From: Planctomycetota bacterium
GTDB lineage: Bacteria; Planctomycetota; SZUA-567; H5-PLA8
Assembly: GCA_038227875.1 (NCBI GenBank)
Contig: JBBRPR010000117.1
Location: forward strand, 1-11,025
Reading direction: 5' to 3'
DNA: 11,025 nucleotides
The notes under the pieces are model-generated. The model had not been told where the DNA came from. It made no database searches and saw nothing but the letters and a program-made list of their open reading frames with translations. The position numbers and the translations under genes are program-made. This document shows positions 5,825 through 11,025 of the stretch, in pieces; within the stretch, counting starts at the first letter, position 1; every line of letters begins with the position of its first letter.

Positions 5825-8551
5825 ATGAAGCGCCGCAGCTCCAAATCACTGCCTGCAGTAACCGACAGTCCCTCTTTTCCCATCGTGGGCCTTGGCGCCT
5901 CGGCGGGCGGATTGGAGGCTCTGGAGTCGTTTATCAAAGGCGTGCCTGCCGACAGCGGCATGGCTTATGTAGTGGTCCAACATCTCGACCCCACGCACAA
6001 GGCCATGCTGGCGGAGTTGCTGCAGCGCTGCAGCGCCATTCCAGTGGTCCAGATCAAGGACCGGATGAAAGCCGCGCCCAATCGCGTCTTCGTGATTCCA
6101 CCGGACTGCGACCTGTCCATTGACCATGGCATGCTGAGGCTACAGTCCCCCGCGGCGGCACGCGGGCTGCGCCTGCCCATCGACTTTTTCTTTCGTTCGC
6201 TGGCTCACGACCTCAACACCCGCGCCATCGGCGTCATCCTCTCGGGCATGGGCGCCGACGGGCAGCTTGGCGTCCGCGCCATCAAAGAAAACGCCGGCGC
6301 CGTCTTTGTGCAAAGCCCCGAGACAGCCAAATTCGACAGCATGCCGCGCAATGCCATCGAAACGGGAGTGGCCGATGCCGTCGCGCCAGCCGAGGAGCTC
6401 CCCGGTCGCATCGCCGCTTATTTGCAGCCTCTTTCAAAGCGGGTTCCAGATGAGCTCGACATGGAAGAAAAGGATCGCGGCTCGCTCGATAAAATTATCG
6501 TGTTGCTGCGCGGACATTCCGGCCACGACTTTGCCAACTACAAGAAAAACACACTTTATCGGCGCATCGAGCGACGCATGCTGCTGCACAAACTCGCGCG
6601 GATTGAAGAATATCACGGCTATCTGCGCAAGAATCCCGCCGAGGCGGAACTGCTCTTCAAGGAATTGCTGATTGGCGTCACCAACTTTTTCCGCGATCCG
6701 GCAGAGTGGGAACTGTTGCGGCGCAAAGTCATTCCCGGCCTGCTGACGTCGAATCTGAATTTCGAAACCGTGCGCGCCTGGGTTCCCGGTTGCTCGACGG
6801 GCGAGGAAGCCTACGGGCTGGCAATGGTCTTCAAAGAAGCCGTGGAACAGGCTCGGCCGCCGCGCAACACGGCCATCCAGATCTTTGCAACCGACCTGGA
6901 CCAGGAGGCCATCGATAAGGCCCGCGCGGGGATTTATCCTGTCGGCATCGCCGCGGATGTTTCCGAGGCCCGGCTGCGCCGCTTTTTCGTCGAGGACGAA
7001 CGCGGCTACCGGGTGAGCAAGGAAATTCGCGACGCGGTGATCTTCGCCCGGCAGAATATCATCATGGATCCGCCGTTCACCAGGATGGATATCGTCTCCT
7101 GCAGAAACCTCTTCATCTATCTGGAATCAGAACTGCAGAAGAAATTGATTGCGCTCTTTCACTACAGCCTCAATCCCGGCGGGATCCTGTTTCAGGGCAG
7201 TTCGGAAACGGTGGGTGAGGCCAAGGAATGGTTCACTGCGATCTCCAGCAAGTCGCGCATCTACCGGCGCGTCAAAACCAGCCGACAGCCCGAGAATTTC
7301 GAATTTCCGGTATCGAATTTTCGCCGGCAGCGGGACGCTTCGGCCTCTGTTCCGCCCAAAGCCGAGCCTAATCTCCAGACCGCCGCCGACCATCTGCTGC
7401 TCCAGGACTACGCTCCTCCCGCCGTGCTGGTCACCAGCCAGGGAAACATTCTTTACATCAGCGGCAAAACCGGGAAATATCTTGAACCCGCCGCGGGCAA
7501 GGCGAACTTGAATCTGTTCGCCATGGCCCGCAAGGGCTTGAGCGAGGCTTTGAGCGAGGCCTTTCCGCGCGCGGTCCGCCAGAAATCCACCGTGACACTC
7601 AAGTCCGTCCAAGTCGCCTCCCACGTTTCAAGGCGCGTACGCGAATCCAGCGGTGACTCCCTGTTCGTAGACGTGGCGATTCATCCGCTTACCGAACCCG
7701 AAGCAATGCGTGGATTGGTGATGGTCGTCTTCTCGGACCTGGCGGTGCCGGCCAAACTTCCCTCCGCCAAAACAGGCGCCTCCCACGGCGCGGCGTCAGT
7801 GCGGGCGGAACTCAAGGCCGCAATCCTCGAATTGCAACGCGTGCGCAACGAACTGCACGAGGCCCGTACGGAGATGCAGGTCTCGCAGGAAGAACTCAAA
7901 TCCACCAACGAGGAGCTGCAGTCCATCAACGAGGAACTGCAGTCCGCCAATGAAGAACTCACCACGTCCAAGGAAGAAATGCAGTCCATGAACGAAGAGT
8001 TGCAGACCGTCAACGGCGAACTGCAGGCGAAAGTCACGGAGTTGTCGCGGGCCAGCGGCGACATGAACAATCTGCTCAACAGCACCGACATCGCCACGCT
8101 CTTTCTGGACATCAAGTTGAACATCCGGCGCTTCACCACTGAAACGGCCAGGATCATCAAGCTGATTCCCGGGGACGTGGGCCGGCCCATCAGCGATCTG
8201 GCCTCGGCTCTGGACTATCCCTCCCTGATCTCGGACGTAAAGGAAGTCCTGGCATCGCTCGTGTTCAAGGAATCCCAGATCTCCACCCGCGATGGCCGCT
8301 GGTTTGCAATACGCATCATGCCTTACCGCACGGAAGACAACCGGATCGACGGTGTCGTGATTACGTTTTCGGACATCACCACCGCAAAAAATCTGGAAAC
8401 CGATCTAAAAGGAGCGTTGCATACGCTGGAAGAACGCTTCACCACGCAGTCCACGGAATTGGACCATGCCAAAGCTCTGGAGCTAGTGCTGCAGAAGACT
8501 CAGTCCATTCTGGAAAAACGCGTCGCTGAATTGAAAAAGCCCATCGCCTGA
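5825..8551 (+). CDS. cheBR: CheB methylesterase / CheR methyltransferase fusion with PAS domains and coiled coils (CheBR)
   Basis: CheB triad motifs GASAGG, QHLDP and GMGADG, with no N-terminal REC domain. CheR motifs IGVTNFFRD, WVPGCSTGEEAY, IFATDLD and DIVSCRNLFIY. These are followed by a PAS-like region, EELxSxN heptads and a PAS_10-like domain (LLNSTDIATLFLD...GVVITFSDIT). No kinase domain. Start ATG 5825, alternative TTG 5807. Confidence 0.96.
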   Translation: MKRRSSKSLPAVTDSPSFPIVGLGASAGGLEALESFIKGVPADSGMAYVVVQHLDPTHKAMLAELLQRCSAIPVVQIKDRMKAAPNRVFVIPPDCDLSIDHGMLRLQSPAAARGLRLPIDFFFRSLAHDLNTRAIGVILSGMGADGQLGVRAIKENAGAVFVQSPETAKFDSMPRNAIETGVADAVAPAEELPGRIAAYLQPLSKRVPDELDMEEKDRGSLDKIIVLLRGHSGHDFANYKKNTLYRRIERRMLLHKLARIEEYHGYLRKNPAEAELLFKELLIGVTNFFRDPAEWELLRRKVIPGLLTSNLNFETVRAWVPGCSTGEEAYGLAMVFKEAVEQARPPRNTAIQIFATDLDQEAIDKARAGIYPVGIAADVSEARLRRFFVEDERGYRVSKEIRDAVIFARQNIIMDPPFTRMDIVSCRNLFIYLESELQKKLIALFHYSLNPGGILFQGSSETVGEAKEWFTAISSKSRIYRRVKTSRQPENFEFPVSNFRRQRDASASVPPKAEPNLQTAADHLLLQDYAPPAVLVTSQGNILYISGKTGKYLEPAAGKANLNLFAMARKGLSEALSEAFPRAVRQKSTVTLKSVQVASHVSRRVRESSGDSLFVDVAIHPLTEPEAMRGLVMVVFSDLAVPAKLPSAKTGASHGAASVRAELKAAILELQRVRNELHEARTEMQVSQEELKSTNEELQSINEELQSANEELTTSKEEMQSMNEELQTVNGELQAKVTELSRASGDMNNLLNSTDIATLFLDIKLNIRRFTTETARIIKLIPGDVGRPISDLASALDYPSLISDVKEVLASLVFKESQISTRDGRWFAIRIMPYRTEDNRIDGVVITFSDITTAKNLETDLKGALHTLEERFTTQSTELDHAKALELVLQKTQSILEKRVAELKKPIA
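7889..8026 (+). repeat. Imperfect 21-bp coding repeats (heptads EELKSTN/EELQSIN/EELQSAN/EELTTSK/EEMQSMN/EELQTVN/GELQ)
   Basis: Units start at 7889, 7910, 7931, 7952, 7973, 7994 and 8015, in frame within cheBR. Confidence 0.9.
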
Positions 8552-8611
8552 TAGCATCCCGTTTAAAAGTTCCTGACCTAACGTGGCAGAATAGTGTTTT
8601 TCAACAGGCTG
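8552..8611. mobile_element. Miniature inverted-repeat element (MITE/REP-like or IS-end remnant)
   Basis: Left arm CATCCCGTTTAAAAG (8555-8569, preceded by TAG). Right arm TTTTTCAACAGGCTG (8597-8611; reverse complement CAGCCTGTTGAAAAA). The arms match at 11/15 around a 27-nt spacer. A related motif recurs at 10856-10873. Confidence 0.5.
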
Positions 8612-8632
8612 ATGGCGCACAGAAAGAGGTCT

Positions 8633-10726
8633 ATGCACAAAGATGCCGCCACACCCAATGACGACCTCCGCCGGCAGGCGGAGCGCCGGCTGAAAAGGCA
8701 CGCCGTCCCAGAGGGGTCGGCGCCATCGCCGGCGGAGACGCAGCGACTCTTGCATGAACTGCAAGTCCACCAGATCGAGCTGGAAATGCAGAATGAAGAA
8801 TTGCGCGCGGCGCGCGTGGAGGTCGAAGCCGGGCTGGCGTGTTACACGGACCTCTACGACTTTTCTCCCGTGAACTGCTTCAACCTGGGCGCCGATGGCT
8901 CGATTCGCGATTTGAATCTGGCGGGCGCGCGCCTGGTCGGCGCTGTACGTGACAACGCGAGAAAAGCGCGTTTCGATACGTTCGTCGCGCCGGGTGATCG
9001 CGCGGTCTTCGCGGCTTTCCTGCAGAAGGTTTTCGACTCACAAGCCAAGCAATCCTGCGCCGTAACCCTGGTCTGCGAGGGATTTCCGCCGCGCATCGCG
9101 GAGATCGAAGCCATACTCATGCCCGGAAACCCACGGCCCGGTAAGTCGTTTGAACTGTCTGTCATGATCGCAGTGACCGATGTCACGGAGCGCCGCCGCG
9201 CCGAAACCGTCTCGAAACTGCAGCAGGCCCGGTTGGAAGGGATCGTCAACTCCGCGATGGACGGCATCATCACCGTCGACGAAGAGCAGCGCGTGATTCT
9301 GATCAACTCCGCTGGCGAAAAGATGTTCGACTGCACCGCTGCCGCGGTGATCGGAATACCACTGGACCGGTTCATTCCGGAGAGGAGTGGAATCGCCGCG
9401 CGTGCCATAGGACAGTTCGGTCCCATCGGCATACGTTCGACTGGCGAGGAATTTCCGATCGAAGCCTCCATCTCCCAGATCCTCGTCGATGGCCAGAAAC
9501 TGTTTACCGTGACCTGCCGCGACATCACCGAGCGTATCCGGGCCTTGGACGTTCGGCAGCGGCTCGAAGCGCAACTCCGCCAATCTCAAAAAATGGAAGC
9601 CTTCGGCCAGTTGGCCGGCGGTGTCGCACATGATTTCAACAATCTGCTCACGGTCATCGGTGGCTATGGCGTGATGCTCCTGAACAAGCTGCCCCCCAAT
9701 GATGTCAGGGCGCCGATTGTCCAAGCCATTTGCCGGGCCAGCACGCGCGCCGAATCGCTGACCCGCCAGCTTCTGGCGTTCACCCGGCAGCAGGTGCTTG
9801 AACCGCGAATCCTGGATCTCAATGCGGTGGTCGTCGACGTTCAGAAAATGCTGCGCCGCCTAATCGGCGAAGACGTGCTGGTCAGCACCGTGCTGGGTCT
9901 GAACCTCAGTCCCGTCAAAGTCGATCCGGGGCAGCTCGAACAGGTGATCATCAATCTGGCCGTGAACGCTCGCGACGCGATGCCGCGCGGCGGAAAACTG
10001 ATTCTCGAAACGAGCGACGTCGAATTGGGCGAGAGCAACGTATCTACTTGCCTCGATACCCGTCCCGGACACTACGTCATGTTGGCCGTTTCCGACACCG
10101 GCACCGGGATTTCTCCGGAAGCCAAGAAGCGCATTTTCGAACCGTTCTTCACCACTAAAAGCGTGGGCAAAGGCACCGGACTGGGACTGGCCGTCGTTCA
10201 CGGCATCGTCAAGCAGAGCGGCGGCAGCATCGACGTCTGCAGCGAAGTTGGCGTCGGAACCACGTTCAAGATTTATCTGCCTGCCGTCGCTTCGCATCTG
10301 GGTTCCGCCGACGCTGCATCGAAAATGGAAGCTCCGCAGCCCGGCGGCAAAGAAACCATTCTGCTCGTCGAAGATGAAGCCGATGTCCGCGAACTCGCCG
10401 CGTTCGCGCTGGAATCCTACGGCTACACGGTGCTCGCCGCGACCAATGGTTCTAACGCAATCGAAGTGCTCAAGCGGTTCAACTCGCGCATCGACCTGCT
10501 GGTCACCGACGTGGTAATGCCGCTGATGAGCGGGCGCGAGTTATCCGATAAACTACTGGCTGAACGCCCCGACTTAATGGTGCTTTTTGTAAGCGGCTAC
10601 ACCGACGACGCCGTTGTCCGCCATGGCGTGCTCCAAGCTCAAACCGCATTCCTCCAAAAACCATACACGCCCGGAACACTGGCCCGCAAAGTACGCAGTG
10701 TGCTGGACCAGGACAAGCCGGCCTGA
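8633..10726 (+). CDS. Hybrid sensor histidine kinase (coiled coil, PAS, PAS, HisKA, HATPase_c, REC; CckA-like core)
   Basis: N-terminal LLHELQVHQIELEMQNEEL helix, two PAS domains, H-box QLAGGVAHDFNNLL, N-box NLAVNARDAM, DTGTG, FEPFFTTK, GTGLGL, and REC (LLVEDE...LLVTDVVMP...FVSGY...FLQKP). Start is more likely ATG 8633 (after AGAGGT) or ATG 8612 than GTG 8594, which lies inside the inverted-repeat element. Confidence 0.96.
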   Translation: MHKDAATPNDDLRRQAERRLKRHAVPEGSAPSPAETQRLLHELQVHQIELEMQNEELRAARVEVEAGLACYTDLYDFSPVNCFNLGADGSIRDLNLAGARLVGAVRDNARKARFDTFVAPGDRAVFAAFLQKVFDSQAKQSCAVTLVCEGFPPRIAEIEAILMPGNPRPGKSFELSVMIAVTDVTERRRAETVSKLQQARLEGIVNSAMDGIITVDEEQRVILINSAGEKMFDCTAAAVIGIPLDRFIPERSGIAARAIGQFGPIGIRSTGEEFPIEASISQILVDGQKLFTVTCRDITERIRALDVRQRLEAQLRQSQKMEAFGQLAGGVAHDFNNLLTVIGGYGVMLLNKLPPNDVRAPIVQAICRASTRAESLTRQLLAFTRQQVLEPRILDLNAVVVDVQKMLRRLIGEDVLVSTVLGLNLSPVKVDPGQLEQVIINLAVNARDAMPRGGKLILETSDVELGESNVSTCLDTRPGHYVMLAVSDTGTGISPEAKKRIFEPFFTTKSVGKGTGLGLAVVHGIVKQSGGSIDVCSEVGVGTTFKIYLPAVASHLGSADAASKMEAPQPGGKETILLVEDEADVRELAAFALESYGYTVLAATNGSNAIEVLKRFNSRIDLLVTDVVMPLMSGRELSDKLLAERPDLMVLFVSGYTDDAVVRHGVLQAQTAFLQKPYTPGTLARKVRSVLDQDKPA

Positions 10727-10855
10727 TTACCATCGCCTCACGCCTGCGTTCGCACCGCGATGGGGTGTTCCGACGTGGAGAACTTAGTTTCACCGGACGA
10801 CGGAGTGACGCAGTCCGCGACTTAGGCGATCCGGCTGCCAGACGTCCTGCACCTT

Positions 10856-10873
10856 TAGCAGCCCGTTGAAGAA
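10856..10873 (+). repeat. Third copy of the IS-end/MITE-like motif (TAGCAGCCCGTTGAAGAA)
   Basis: 14/18 identical to 8552-8569 and 13/15 to the reverse complement of 8597-8611. No complete partner arm is visible. Confidence 0.5.
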
Positions 10874-10891
10874 TCATCATTTGGGTTCAAG

Positions 10892-11023
10892 TTACGCGGC
10901 CGATTGTTGCACCGCGACAGCGATCAGCGCGTGAAACGGCAGCGCCGCGTCGGCTGTGTCGAGCGGCTCGGCAGGCTTGCGCAGCGGTACGTGGCCGGCA
11001 TGAACGTCACCGTGATGCATGCT
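10892..11023 (-). CDS. C-terminal end of a convergent gene, function unknown (5'-partial)
   Basis: Open from the window edge: SMHHGDVHAGHVPLRKPAEPLDTADAALPFHALIAVAVQQSAA* (TAA 10894-10892), mostly G/C-ending codons. Too short to assign. Confidence 0.5.
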   Translation of the reverse strand, partial: SMHHGDVHAGHVPLRKPAEPLDTADAALPFHALIAVAVQQSAA

Positions 11024-11025
11024 GC

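Noticed and set aside
7889..8026. 21-bp periodic repeats as a possible CRISPR array
   Set aside because: No spacers; variation is codon-like and the repeats are in frame within cheBR.
10730..10763. Hairpin CCATCGC-N20-GCGATGG after the hybrid kinase stop
   Set aside because: 7-bp stem, large loop and no U-tract, so not supportable as an intrinsic terminator.

Overview
Accessory, all-cytoplasmic signal-transduction locus from a GC-rich bacterium, next to an integrase and gene debris. Left to right: the 3' end of a tyrosine recombinase (missed by the ORF track); two short HEAT-repeat-like ORF pieces; a frameshifted internal fragment of a type I restriction subunit hsdR (also missed); and an AT-richer histidine kinase with an RsbRD_N-like N-terminus (- strand). 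A ~500-600 bp divergent intergenic region carries a sigma-54-type -24/-12 candidate and repeated TGTCG motifs. Four + strand genes follow: a degenerate TerB/DUF697-like protein, a GAF-PAS sigma-54 enhancer-binding protein, a CheB-CheR-PAS fusion and a PAS-PAS hybrid histidine kinase. No chemoreceptor, CheA, CheW or stand-alone response regulator is visible in the window. Short IS-end-like motifs (CAGCCYGTTGAARAA) flank the hybrid kinase, and a convergent partial ORF closes the window. Family calls come from motif recognition by eye; no database searches were run.
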